This document shows, piece by piece, positions 50,912 to 63,970 of a stretch of 64,000 nt of DNA. The notes under the pieces were generated by a model. It was not told the origin of the DNA. It was given only the letters and a program-made list of their open reading frames with translations, and made no database searches. Within the stretch, counting starts at the first letter, position 1. Each line of letters opens with the position of its first letter. Source of the DNA: Leucoraja ocellata (taxonomy: Eukaryota). The position numbers were made by a program, and so were the translations under genes. The stretch lies in contig JAWMAR010000201.1 of assembly GCA_036785375.1 (NCBI GenBank), forward strand, positions 310,001 through 374,000, read 5' to 3'.

Positions 50912-51958
50912 CAAAGATCCTATAGCAGAGCAAGATAGGCTACTCCTGCTAAATGCAATGGACTGACGTGTAGTACGCTATGGAGGGGATCATGAGCATT
51001 TTTCCACGCCCATTTTAGCAACCTGAGCCTACCTGACCCGACCCGACTCGCACTGTAATCAATGTTGCGGGGCAACAGTTTGTGTCGGTTAGATTCATAA
51101 ATCTGTCAGTTCAAACTTCTTGTCAATAATAAAATTTGATTCTGGTAATTGTCTTTTTTTATGTTTTTTAAATCATTTCTTTTTAAATGGCTCACAAGCA
51201 GTGTTTGAGGTGATTTTGTAGTAACCGGAACCGACCCGACTCGCAGGTGATTGACAGGGGGGGACATTTTGAGCGTGATTAGAGGGTTAGATTCATAATT
51301 CTGTTAGTTCATAATTCTGTTGATTCTTGTTAAAGAATAAAATGTTTATAAACACACATACATGAAAATTATATAAATGTATATAACACACACAATTATA
51401 TTTCTTCTAATCCAATAATGAACTTTATTTCAGACTAGACAAGTGACATTAAATATGAAACATTGTAAACCTCCCTGCAACTGCACACACACTAGGCCTT
51501 ATCCTCCCCGGCACTCTCTCGCCTGCCCCCTTACTACAATGTCCCTCTCCTCGCCGCCCCGGGCCCCGCACTCCTTCTCCCCGCTGCCCCGGGCCCCGCA
51601 CTCTCTCTCCCCGCTGCCCCGGGCCCCGCACTCCTTCTCCCCGCTGCCCCGGGCCCCGCACTCTCTCTCCCCGCTGCCCCGGGCCCCGCACTCCTTCTCC
51701 CCGCTGCCCCGGGCCCCGCACTCTCTCTCCCCGCTGCCCCGGGCCCCGCACTCCTTCTCCTCGCTGCGGATCCAATCTTTGGCCGGAAGCAAGAAGGCGG
51801 GAGCAAGAAAGCAGAGCAAGATGGCGGAACAAGATGGCGGAACAAGATGGCGGAGGCAGGTTGCTAAAATGAGGCATAAAATCACCCATGAATCCGCCCA
51901 TGAGCGTACCGCACGTTTGCGTGAGAGTAACCTATCTTGCTCTGCTATAGGATCTTTG
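50912..51958. mobile_element. Non-autonomous DNA transposon with 8-bp TSD (hAT or P superfamily)
   Basis: Perfect 28-bp TIR CAAAGATCCTATAGCAGAGCAAGATAGG; TSD CCCTAGAG at 50904-11 and 51959-66; inserted in an old CR1. Confidence 0.92.
51545..51766. repeat. 30-bp GC-rich minisatellite, ~7 units alternating two variants
   Basis: CCCCGCTGCCCCGGGCCCCGCACTCCTTCT alternating with ...GCACTCTCTCT. Confidence 0.95.
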
Positions 51959-52349
51959 CCCTAGAGTATGTTGATGAACAGAAGAACCTTGGGGTGCTAG
52001 TCCACAGGTCCCTGAATGTCCCAGTGCAAATGGATGAGGGGTGAAGAAGCTCACTTCAACCTTTTTGTTTGTTTTATTATGTGATCAATTGAGTACTGTG
52101 TTTACAAACTTATGCTGCTGCAATTATAAATTTCATTGTTCCGTTTTGGTAACTATGACAACTAAACACTCTTCACACTTGAACCTTGTTTATTATGTAG
52201 CTTCCTCTACATGAGAAAAACAAGTGCACATGGAATTACCTTTTCACATGCATCTGTGTTCAATCAGCAGGTGTGTCCCTGAGCTTCCCTTTATCACCCA
52301 CTTTAATTCTCCATCCTACTCCCATTCTGACCACCCTGTCTGTGGCCAC

Positions 52350-53105
52350 CTGCACCTGTATGTAAGTTCCCCTTGTGACCGCGTGGGTTTTCTCCGGGTG
52401 CTCTGGTTTCCTCTCACACTCTGAAGACGTGCATGGCTTCCAGCGGACGCCACAGAGCCATGCAAGGAGGGACCCAGCCGGCCTGGCGAGAACGTGGGCA
52501 GACCCGGCAGCAGATGAGAACAACCGGCAGCATGACAAGAACAAGGATGGAACCTGCGGCCACCGTGTGGCCGTGGAATAGTAGACCCGGCTGGCCGGCT
52601 GAGAACAAGGACGGACACGGCACCAGCTAAATCCTTGTTGTCGTCGGCCATTGAGAGCAAAGCCCAGCAGGCCACCCCATGGCCGTGGGTGGCGGCAGGC
52701 CTGGGGCCCGGCGAGCTGCTGCCTGTAGGGGGAAACTAGGAAGCCCCAAAGACTGTCAAGTTGAGGAGGGAGCTGCTGGCAACTATGGATACGAGGAGTG
52801 GGCCTGTAGGGGAGGGACTGTGGTATTGCCTCCAGCGCCGTCAAGGTGAGCTGCAGGAGGCGCCCCCTGGGTCATAGAGGCGGTCGGGCGAGGAAAGGGA
52901 CGTCGGGTCGCGGGCCTGCAGCAGCCTGAGGTTTACCTCTGTATACCTGGATCAGGGGCGCTCCATTACTTCCAGCATGTGGACCGGACTTTGGGCTTTT
53001 CCTTTTTCTTTGTAAACAGTGCCAAAATATGGTGCCTGCGCATTTTTGGGTTATGCAAAATAATTTCACACTCCTGTGCATATGTGACAATAAAGAACAA
53101 TTGAA
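52350..53105 (+). mobile_element. V-SINE core fragment joined to a GC-rich non-coding retroposon with Rex1-type tail
   Basis: GTGACCGCGTGGGTTTTCTCCGGGTGCTC core; 3' end ATTTCAC...GTGACAATAAA. Confidence 0.55.
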
Positions 53106-53479
53106 CCTTTACAGAAACTGGTTTCCAGACAATTTAGTTCATTCCACTTGATTTTACGGAATGACTGAGAGCCCCGATACAGACAGCTCTGGAACATATC
53201 TCAGCTGCAGTATTGAAGGCCTGTACTTCAAAAATAGTGCATGTCTGACTGAGCTGTCACAGTCTAGTTGCAACACTCAGCATAGAACATAGAACAATAT
53301 AGCACAGGAAACAGGCCGTTGACCCACAAAGTCTGTGCTGAACATATGTTAAACTAATCTCCCCTGTCTGCACGTAATCTATATCCCTCCATTCCCTGCA
53401 TTTCCATGTGTCTAACAAAAAGCCTCTATTGTGTCTTCCTCCACCATCAAGGATGACTAAGGAGGGGGAGGGGGTAGGG

Positions 53480-54530
53480 GGCAAGGGAAGGGAGGGGAGG
53501 GAATGCAGGAGCTACTTGAAATGAGAGAAATCAATATCATTCCACTGAGTTGTAAGCTGCCCAAGCGAAATATGAGATGCTGCTCCTCCAATTTGCGTGT
53601 GGCCTCACTCTGACAGTGAAGGAACCCCTGGGCAGAAAGGCCAGTATGGGAATGGGAGATATAACCGGGAGATCATATAGGCCAAGACGGACTGAGCGTA
53701 AATGTTCAGCAAAACAATCAGCAAGTCTATGCTTGGTCTCGCTGATATATCGGAGCCATACTAGGAACACTGGATATAGTAGATGAGGTTGAAAGAGGTG
53801 CTAGTGAACCCATGCCTCACCTGAAAGGACTATCGGGGACCCAGGATGGAGTTGAGAGAGGATGTATAAGGACAGGTTGCAGGGGAAAGTCCATGAGGAA
53901 GGGGTGGTTTGGTTGGGAAGGGATGAGTAAACTAGGTCTTTGCAGAGAGAATCTCTACAGAAAGCAGAATGGGATGGAGGTGGGAAAATGTCACTAGTGG
54001 TGGAGTCCCATTGAAGGTGATGAAAATGTTGGAGGATGATGTATTGTATATGATGCTGATGGGGTGAAAGGTGTCCTCTCTCAGAATGAGGCCACATGCA
54101 AATTGGAGGAACAGCACCCCATATTTTGCTTTGGCAGCTAACAATCCAGAAGAATGAATGTTGATTTCCCTAATTAAGTACCTCCTGCATTCCCTCTCCT
54201 CCCTTCTCTTGCCCCCTCCCCCACTCTAGTCATCCTACCAGTTCCACTGTATGCATTTTGGTACCCTCTTATTATCACACCGTCCCTCGCCAACAATGGG
54301 CCATTATGGTCTCCACTGTTCCTGAGGTCATCAGTTGTGGTCCTAATTTGTTCTGGCCTTTTCTTGCCTCTAGTTTATTTCTACCCCCACCTCTACATTC
54401 AGTCTGAAGAAAGGTTCCGACCCGAAATGGCACGGATTATTTTTAACAAAATGGCTGCCTGACACTCTGTTACTCCAGCATTTTGTGTCTATCTTTGGTA
54501 TAAACCAGCATCTGGAGTTTCTTCCTACAC
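53480..54530 (-). mobile_element. Penelope-like element: GIY-YIG remnant plus inverted terminal piece
   Basis: YISETKHRLADCFAEHLRSV in ORF 53537..53770; terminal motif with CTGAAGA...GAAA at 54403-54427. Confidence 0.8.
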
Positions 54531-54678
54531 AATGCCGTTGCTGTCATTTGACTTCCTCATATGATCACTGGACCAAACCCCGCCTTTAGACGCTCAACGC
54601 TTCAACAGTCAGCACACATACCACAAATTTGTACAAGAGGAAGCCTCCCCTATCACACACTGCAGTACGTGGTGAGAT

Positions 54679-54733
54679 ATGGACTTCAGGTGCCTGCCAA
54701 TCTCCTTCTGGCTCGTGCTGGCCATTTCAGACT
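54679..54733 (+). CDS. Candidate exon, possibly the signal-peptide exon of a second gene (downstream exons not identified)
   Basis: ATG-initiated MDFRCLPISFWLVLAISD with a phase-1 T|GTAAGT donor. An alternative reading as a decayed DENN exon is given in findings. Confidence 0.3.
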
Positions 54734-55611
54734 GTAAGTTTAATCAAAAATAACCTTTCTGTTTAACTTTGTGTTTAACTTCTCTCTCCAGCAGAATCCC
54801 ATCTTGCACTCTCTGGACAGTGTTTCGATACTAAGTAAAGCTCTCTTTATAATGTTGTTTGAAATATTAGCTACAACAATCACCAAAGCACCAAACTCCC
54901 AAATAAAGATTGAAAATATAGTTCACCTTGAAGTATTTCCCCTAACGGCTCTCTGCCCACCATTTTGTTTATCTTAGATTTTAATTACTTTACTCTAGTT
55001 ATGGAGCAGAGATGTGTGTGAACCTTTGAGGTTTTCAATGTATATGTGTGGCGACTCTCTTTATGCTCAGCCTGAAATAAGGCATGCTGTCCTCTGGCCT
55101 CCAACTCCAGCTCACGCTTTCTCCTCCTCTTGAGTTCGCCCTCATTTATTTGCCTTCTCTGTCCTTAACTCAGTTTTGGTGTTTCAATTTATTTGCTTAT
55201 CTTCCAACACCTATTTCAGTGTCGCTCTCTCTCTCTGCAGATCAGTTGCTCTTTCTATCTCTTCATCTTTCTCTCTCTTTATTTTTCATTTCTCTCTCTT
55301 CATCGTACTCTCTCTAAATATTAGGGCCGCGCCATTTTCCGCCTTGCATCTTCACCAGAAGTGTTGTATGCTTCCTGCCACGATTTGACACATTGTTTGA
55401 CAAAACACTCTCTCTTTGTGAATCAACTTATTACAACTTGACAACAGTTCCCAATCACTAATGGGCTCTGAGCCTTCAGACCCATTTGTTCTTTGATAGA
55501 TTCCAGCAACTATCCTCAATCTATGCAGTCCATATTCCCAGGGCATGATTAGACATAGGATGAAGCTCCCTTTGCACATTCCCATCACACATTTTCAGAG
55601 TACAGATCAAC

Positions 55612-56228
55612 TTGGATTTCAGTATAGGAGTAGAGAGGTTCCTCTGCAGTTGTATGGGGCTCTGGTGAGACCACATCTGGAGTATTGTGTACAGTTTTGG
55701 TCTCCTAATTTGAGGAAGGACATCCTTGTGATTGAGGCAGTGCAGCGTAGGTTCACGAGATTGATCCCCGAGATGGCGGGACTGTCATATGAGGAAAGAT
55801 TGAAAAGACTAGGCTTGTATTCACTGGAGTTTAGAAGGATGAAGGGGATCTTATAGAAACATATAAAATTATAAATGGACTGGACAAGCTAGATGCAGGG
55901 AAAATGTTCCCTATGTTGGGTGAGTCCGGAACCAGGGGCCACAGTCTTAGAATAAAGGGGAGATCAATTTAGACTGAGGTGAGAAAAAACTTTTTGACCC
56001 AGAGAGTTGTGAATTTATGGAATTCCCTACCACAGACGGCAGTGAAGGCCAAATCACTGAATGGATTTAAGAGAGAGTTAGATAGAGCTCTAGGGGCTGG
56101 TGCAGTCAAGGGATATGGGGAGAAGGCAGGCAAGGGTTATTGATAGGGGACGATCAGCCATAATCACAATGAATGGCAGTGCTGGCTCGAAGGGCCGAAT
56201 GGCCTCCTTCTGCACCTATTTTCTATGT
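55612..56228 (+). mobile_element. 5'-truncated CR1
   Basis: GFQYRSREV...[13 protein letters not shown] and 3' UTR. Confidence 0.92.
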
Positions 56229-59200
56229 AACTACACAGAGAGTTTCCCTTTATACTGACACATGACAAATTACTGGGATATTCGACAGATGTCGAGTAAA
56301 CATGGGTCTGTCCGGTTAAAATTTCCAAAGACACAGTTTTGAAACAATGTGAAGTTCTATTTACACAATCTCCCTTAGACAGTCTCATGGCAAGGATGAA
56401 ATATAGCAGTTTAGGTTTATTATTGTCATGTGAACCGAGGTAAAGTGAAAAATATAGTTTTGCATGCTATCCAATCAGATCAGATAATACTATACATAAA
56501 TATAATCAAGACAAACTCAAGTACAATAGATAGAGGAAAGGGAAAGATACAGAGAGCGGAATGTATTTCTCAGTGTTGTAGAGATGAAGAAGGAAGAACC
56601 GGTGTGGGTCAAGTCTTGTTAGCTGATTTCCCAAGGCAGTTTGAAGTGCATGAGGAGTCAATGTGGACAGGCCAGTCTGTGTGGTGGACTGGGCGACATC
56701 CACTGCTAATCTTTTGCGGTCTTGTGCAGAGCTGTTCACAAATCAAGTTGTCATACAACCCGAAAATATGCTTTCTATGGTGCATCTGTAAAAGTTTGTA
56801 AGAGTCATTGGAGACGTGCTGAATTTCCTCTTACAGAAGTAACAGGAAAGCTCTGTTTACCACATCCAATCACTTACTCCTAGGGTGCAGCTCAGATCTT
56901 TTCTTGTCACTCTTTTTCTCCCTTTTGAGTTCTTTCTCACTATCCAAATGTTTTTTCCCCTATTTGGCACTTAGTCTCTCTCACTTTGTCTGCTTGTCTT
57001 CCATCACTTCCATGGGTCACACACTCTGCAGATTAGTCTGTCTGTCTCCTTCTTTCTCTCCCCCTTCTTTCTAACTCTCCCTCTCTTTCTCTCTCTCTCC
57101 CTCAGTTTGTCTCTCGATCAGCAACATTTTCTGCTTCATATATTTCGCAACCCCCTCCAGAATATGTTGCAAACCACTTCCTGCCACCATTTGATGGTTT
57201 GAGTAAACACCCTTCCTTATCGCAGCTTAACAGCAGGTTTCTGATCTCTCACAAGGGCTTAAGCTTAACAAGAGTTTCAGGCTTATCATTTTTTGATGAA
57301 TTTCTATGGTTGTTCATGCTCTGTACTGCCACAGTCCCAGTGCACATGCTGGATGCAGAGCAAAACTCCCTGTATAATGTCCCATCACATATGGGGCAGA
57401 GATTAAAAACAGTGTAAAGCTCCTTCTAAACTTACACAGATCTAGGACACAGGTTTAGATACTGAGTGAAACTCGAAGATTAAGCTGCAATCGTGAGGCT
57501 ATGACACAGATACCTGTAAAATATGACAATGCTTGCATGGGAAGGTGAAATTTAAGGACCGGGGAGGTATTTCTCGTTTCTCTCTGGGAGAGGTGGGTTG
57601 AGACTAGAAGTGTGGGAAATGGAGGAGATGCAGGTTGCAGAACGGGGAGTCATGTTTCTAGAGAATGGAGAACATGTAAGATTACTTGCATGGAAAGCCT
57701 CATCTTGACAACAGATGTAGTGGAGATGGAGAAACTGAAAGAAAGAGATGGTGTTCTCACAGGAGACAGGTGGAAGAGGTTAGTCCATATGGGATTCAGT
57801 GGATTGATTGTAAATATAAAGGGATAATTTTCTTCCGGAGATGAGACAGAGAGAAAGGGGAGAGAAATGTCAGAAATAGTCTAATCAAATTAGAGGACAG
57901 TCTGGAGGTTAATAGCAAAGGTGATAAAACTGACAAATTCCTCACAAGTGGAGGCAGCCCCAACTATTTATCTGTAACATTGCATATTACAACCTTCTTT
58001 GCCATGGCCCCCATGTGGTCTGGTACATTGAGAGCCTAGTTCAGGACGAGTTACACTACTCACCTGATGTCAGGAAGAATTCAGTCTTATTGTACATTTT
58101 AGAAACTGTGACAATGGCAAAAATGAATGGTAGGGGGCAATGTGTGCAAGCACCCAGACACTGGGAATACAGGGCTGAGATTAAATTAGGAATCAGAGGG
58201 GCATGTAACAAGGGCAATGCAGTGACCAGGAAGACCCAAATCCACACATAGACTGAGAGTGATGTGAAGGTCCTCTATGTGTGGAGCCACAGGAGATGGA
58301 CAAGGTCCTAAATTATTTCCCATCCCTATGCCTTTCATGCATGTTAGCGAGCTCAGGGAAGTCAATAGCGATGACTTGAAGAGAGCACATTATATCAGAG
58401 GAGCATTACACCACTACTGGAGGTCTTAAAACATGTAAAGGTAAATCCTCGGGACCTAATTAAGTGTATCATAGGACATTGTGATAAGGTAGGGAAGAAT
58501 TTAAGAGGTGCCTAACAAATATATTTGTATCAGCGATAGCAATGGTGAGGTGTTAGCAGACTGGAGGGTGGGCAAATTGTGTCTTTATTTAAGAAGGACT
58601 GCAGGACAAGGCTGGGAAGTACAGACCAATGAGTCTGACATCAATAAGCATAAGTTATTAAAGGGGATTCTGAGAGACAGGATCTACATGCATTTGGAAA
58701 GACAAAGATTGAATAGGGATGGTTACTATGGCTTTGTGCTTGAGAATATGTGTCTCAGAAATTTGAGTGAGTTTTTGACAAGGTGACTAGAAAGATGAAT
58801 ATTGGATAATAGATGTTGCCAATGTGGCCTTTGACAAGGTACAGTTTGGTAGGCTGGTCCAGAAGGTTATATCACATGGGGTCCAATTGAAAGAAAATTG
58901 GCTTGATGGTAGAAGAGACTTGGGAGTGGCATACATTTGTTTTAAGACCGGAGGTCTGTAACTCTACGTGTGCCGCAGGAATAGGTACTGGGTTGTTCAT
59001 CGTTTATATTAACAATTTGGATGAGAAACCAGGTGGCATTATTGGTAGGTTTGTATATGAAACTAAAATAGGTGTGTAGTGGACATGAAGACGATTATCC
59101 GTGATTACATTGGATCCACTGGGCCAGAGGGTTGACGAACGCTAGATCGAGTTTAATTCAGATAAATGTGAAGTATTGTATTTTGGTAGGACAAACCAGA

Positions 59201-59242
59201 GCACGACTTACATATTAAATAGTAGATAGGTATTGTAGGACA

Positions 59243-62200
59243 TAGAAACATAGAAAATAGGTGCAGGGTGAGGCCATTCAGCCCTTCGAGCCTGCACTGC
59301 CATTCAATATGATCATGGCTGATCATCCAACTCAGTATCCTGTACCTGCCTTCTCTCCATACCACCTGCCACATCTAACTCCCTCTTAAATATAGCCAAT
59401 GAACTGGCCTTAACTACCTTCTGCGGCAGAGAATTCCAGAGATTCACCACTCTCTGTGTGAAAAATTTTTTCCTCATCTCGGTCCTAAAAGATTTCCCCC
59501 TTATCCTTAAACTGTGACCCCTTGTTCTGGACTTCCCCAACATCGGGAACAATCTTCCTGCATCTAGCCTGTCCAACCCCTTAAGAATAAGAATTTTGTA
59601 AGTTTCTATAAGATCCCCCCTCAATCTTCTAAATTCTAGCGAGTACAAACCGAGTCTATCCAGTCTTTCTTCATATGAAAGTCGTGACATCCCAGGAATC
59701 AGTCTGGTGAACCTTCTCTATACTCCCTCTATGGCAAGAATGTCTTTCCTCAGATTAGGAGACCAAAACTGTACGCGAGCATCCTTACCAACTGTATCAC
59801 AGTACGGTATGGCAACTGCTCTATCTCCGACCGGAAGGCTTTGCAGAGGGTGGTGAAAATTGCCCAACGCATCACCGGTTCCTCGCTCCCCTCCATTGAG
59901 TCTGTCCAAAGCAAGCGTTGGGCGCTCAGCATCGCCAAGGACTGCTCTCACCCCAACCATGGACTGTTTACCCTCCTACCATCCGGGAGGCGCTACAGGT
60001 CTCTCTGTTGCCGGACCAGCAGGTCCAGGAACAGCTTCTTCCCGGCGGCTGTCACTCTACTTAACAACGTACCTCGGTGACTGCCAATCACCCCCCCCTC
60101 CCCCCCCCCGGACACTCCTCCCACAGGAAAAACACTATGTCTGTATATATGCTAATGTAAATATTTATTCAAATCATATGCTATGTCGCTCTTCCAGGGA
60201 GATGCTAAATGCATTTTGTTATCTCTGCACTGTACAGTGACAATGACAATTAAAGTTGAATCTGAATCTGAATCTGAATACTCCAGGTGTGGTCTCTCCA
60301 AGACCCTGTACAACTGCAGTAGAACCTCCCTGCTCCTATACTCAAATCCTTTTGCTATGAATGCTAACATACCATTCGCCTTCTTCACTGCCTGCTGCAC
60401 CTGCATGCCTACTTTTAATGACTGGTGTACCATGATACCCAGGTCTCGTTGCATCTCCCCCTTTCCTAATCGGCCACCATTCAGATAAAAGTCTACTTTC
60501 CAGTTTTTGCCACCAAAGTGGATAACCTCACATTTATCCACATTATACTGCATCTGCCTTGCATTTGCCCACTCACCCAACCTATCCAAGTCACCTTGCA
60601 GCCTCCTAGCATCTTCCACACAGCTAACACTGCCCCCCAGCTTCGTGTCATCCGCAAACTTGGAGATGTTGCATTCAATTCCCTCGTCCAAATCATTAAT
60701 ATATATCGTAAATAGCTGGGGTCCCAGCACTGAGCCTTGCAGTACCCCACTAGTCACTGCCTGCCATTGTGAAAAGGACCCGTTTACTCCTACTCTTTGC
60801 TTCCTGTCTGCCAGCCAGTTCTCTATCCACATCAATACTGAACCCCCAATACCGTGTGCTTTAAGTTTGTATACTAATCTCTTATGTGGGACCTTGTCGA
60901 AAGCCTTCTGAAAGTTCAGATATAACACATCCACTGGTTTTCCCTTATCCACTCTACTAGTTACATCCTCGAAAAATTCTATAAGATTCGTCAGACATGA
61001 TTTACCTTTCATAAATCCATGCTGACTTTGTCCAATGATTTCACCACTTTCCAAATGTGCTGCTATCCCATCTTTAATAACTGATTCTAGCAGTTTCCTC
61101 ACTACCGACGTTAGACTAACTGATCTGTAATTCCCCGCTTTCTCTCTCCCTCCCTTTTTAAAAAGTGGGGTTACATTAGCTACCCTCCAATCCTCAGGAG
61201 CTACTCCAGAATCTAAAGAGTTTTGAAAAATTATCAATAATGCATCCACTATTTCTGGGGCTACTTCCTTAAGTACTCTGGGATGCAGCCTATCTGGCCC
61301 TGGGGATTTATTGGCCTTTAATCCATTCAATTTACCTAATACCACTTCCCGGCTAACCTGGATTTCACTCAGTTCCTCCATCTCATTTGACCCCCGGTCC
61401 CCTGCTATTTCCGGCAGATTATTTATGTCTTCCTTAGTGAAGACAGAACCAAAGTAGTTATTCAATTGGTCTGCCATGTCCTTGTTCCCCATGATCAATT
61501 CACCTGTTTCTGACTGCAAGGGTCCTATATTTGTTTTAACTAATCTTTTTCTCTTCACATATCTATAAAAGCTTTTGCAGTTAGTTTTTATGTTCCCTGA
61601 CAGTTTTCTTTCATAATCTATTTTCCCTTTCCTAATTAAGCCCTTTGTCCTCCTCTGCTGGACTCTGAATTTCTCCCAGTCCTCTGGTAGGCTGCTTTTT
61701 CTGGCTAATTTGTATGCTTCATCTTTTGTTTTGATACTATCCCTGATTTCCCTTGTTATCCACTGATGCACTACCTTCCCTGATATATTCTTTTGCTAAG
61801 CTGGAATGAACAATTGTTGTAGTTCATCCATGCAGCCTTTAAATGCCTTCCATTGCATATCCGCCGTCAACCCATTAAGAATCAATTGCCAGTCTATCTT
61901 GGCCAATTCACGTCTCATACCCTCATAGTTACCTTTCTTTAAGTTCAGGACCCTTGTTTCTGAAGTAACAATGTCATACTCCATCCTAATGAAGAACTCA
62001 ACCATATTATGATCACTCTTGCCCAAGGGGCCACGCATAACAAGACTGCTAACTAACCCTTCCTCATTACTCAATACCCAATCTAGAATAGCCTGCTCTC
62101 TCGTTGGTTCCTCTACATGTTGGCTTAGAAAACCATCCCGCATACATTCCAAGAAATCCTCTTCCTCAGCACCCTTGCCAATTTGATTCACCCAATCTAT

Positions 62201-62266
62201 ATGTAGATTGAAGTCACCCATTATAACTGTTTTACCTTTGTTGCACGCATTTCTAATTTCCTGTTT
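59243..62266 (-). mobile_element. Young CR1 LINE ORF2 (APE-RT) interrupted by a Rex1 fragment
   Basis: ORFs 61796..62431 (MGDFN, SDHN) and 60152..61771 (full RT motifs); 3' part 59243-59776. Confidence 0.95.
59777..60277 (+). mobile_element. Rex1/Babar 3' fragment nested in CR1
   Basis: LQRVVKIAQRITG...LLPSGRRYRS...NSFFP; (TCTGAA)n tail; splits CR1 between LEY and VQFWSP. Confidence 0.9.
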
Positions 62267-62355
62267 GAGACCTAGGGGCGGAGGCAAATAGTTCCTTGAA
62301 AGTAGCAAAACAGCTGGGCAGGGTGGAAAAGGAGGTGTTTGACACATTTTGCTCT

Positions 62356-62995
62356 CATAGAAACATAGAAAATGGGTGCAGGAGGAGGCCATTGGGCCCT
62401 TCGAGCCAGCCCAGCCATTCATTGTGATCATGGCTGATCATTCCCAATCAATAACCCGTGCCTGCCTTCTCCCCATATCCCTTGACTCCACTAGCCCCTA
62501 GAACTCTATCTAACTCTTAAATCCATCCAGTGACTTGGCCTCCACTGCCCTGTGTGGCAGGGAATTCCATGAATTCACAACTCTCTGGGTGAAAAAGTTT
62601 TTTCTCACATTAGTCGTAAATTGCCACACCTTTATTCTAAGACTGTGGCCCCTGGTTCTGGACTCGTCCCACATTGGGAACATTTTTCCTGCATCTAGCT
62701 TGTCCAGTCCTTTTATAATTTTATATGTTTCTATAAGATCCCCCCTCTTCCTTCTAAACTCCAGTGAACACAAGCCTAGTTTTTTCAATCATTCCTCGTA
62801 TGACAGTCCCGCCATCCCAGGGATCAATCTCGTGAACCTACACTGCACCGCCTCAATCACAAGGATGTCCTTCCCCAAGTTAGGAGACCAAAACTGTACA
62901 CAGTACTCCAGATGTGGTCTCACCGGAGCCCTATACAACTGCAGAAGAACCTCTTTACTCCTATACTGAAATCCTCTTGTTATGAAGGCCAATAT
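62356..62995 (-). mobile_element. 5'-truncated CR1
   Basis: LAFITRGFQYRSKEV...; (TTTCTATG) tail. Confidence 0.9.
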
Positions 62996-63848
62996 TTCAT
63001 CAGTCAGGATATTGAGTGCAGGGCATATTACAGCTGTACAAGATGTTGATAATGCCACTTGTGGAGTAGTGCAACTATTCTGATCTCAATGCTCTTAGAT
63101 GATATCATTAAACAGGAAAAGATGCAAAAAACCTTACGAGGATGTTACCTGGATTGGTGGGTTAGATTTAAAGAGTCATAGTCATACAATACGGAAACAG
63201 GCCCATTGGCCCAACTTGACCATGCCCCATGCACGCAGTCCTACCTTCCCACATTTGGCTCACATCCCTCTCAACCTTTCCTATCCAGTCAAAAAAGGAG
63301 AGGCTGGATAGGCTACAACATTTTACGCTGGAGCATAAGAGGTTGAGGGGTGAGCTTATAGATGCTAATGAAATTCTGACAGACACAGATATAGTGAATA
63401 ACAATATTATTTTCCTAGAATAGGGGAATATAAATCTAAAGGGAATATATTTAAAATGAGAGGAGAGATTTAAAAAGGACCTTGTAGACACCTTTTTCAC
63501 ACTGTGGGTGGTCTGTATATGAAACAAGCTGCCAATAGAGGCAGATATAATTACGACATTTAAATGACACTTGGACAGGTGTATGAATAAGAAAGATTTT
63601 GAGGGATGTAGACAAAACGCAGGCAAATTGTACTAGCTCACTTCGGCAACTTGCTCAGCCTAGACTTGTTGAGACAAATGGCCTATTTCAGTGCTGTTAG
63701 TTTGATGACGCCATAGAGGACCAAACGCATGGATGATTTTATAGTTCAACGTGTTCAGGAATCAATAATGGAGAGGGCAATTTTAGACCCAGTATTGTGT
63801 AAAATGGAAGAGTTAACTGATAATCCAGTATTTATTAGTCAAGTCTGA

Positions 63849-63970
63849 AGGCGACATAGTAGTGCAGTAGTGGAGTTGCTGCCTTACAGTGCCAGAGACC
63901 TGAGTTTGATCATGTAAAGTTGCTGCCTGTACGGAGTTTGTCTGTTCTCCCTGTGTCCACGTGGGTTTTC
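63849..63970 (+). mobile_element. V-SINE 5' fragment
   Basis: tRNA-like head GAGTTGCTGCCTTACAG plus GGAGTTTG..GTTCTCCC..CGTGGGTTTTC core. Confidence 0.7.

Noticed and set aside
51443-51964. Repetitive-protein ORFs on both strands
   Set aside because: Produced by a stop-free 30-bp minisatellite within a transposon.
58064-58105. 42-bp minus-strand mini-exon (SKMYNKTEFFLTSG, GTGAGT donor)
   Set aside because: Good splice signals but no compatible neighbouring exons or recognisable product; adjacent to CR1 remnants.
60152-61771. Intact 539-aa gene
   Set aside because: CR1 RT whose C-terminus (YSDSDSDS...) is the antisense tail of a nested Rex1 fragment.
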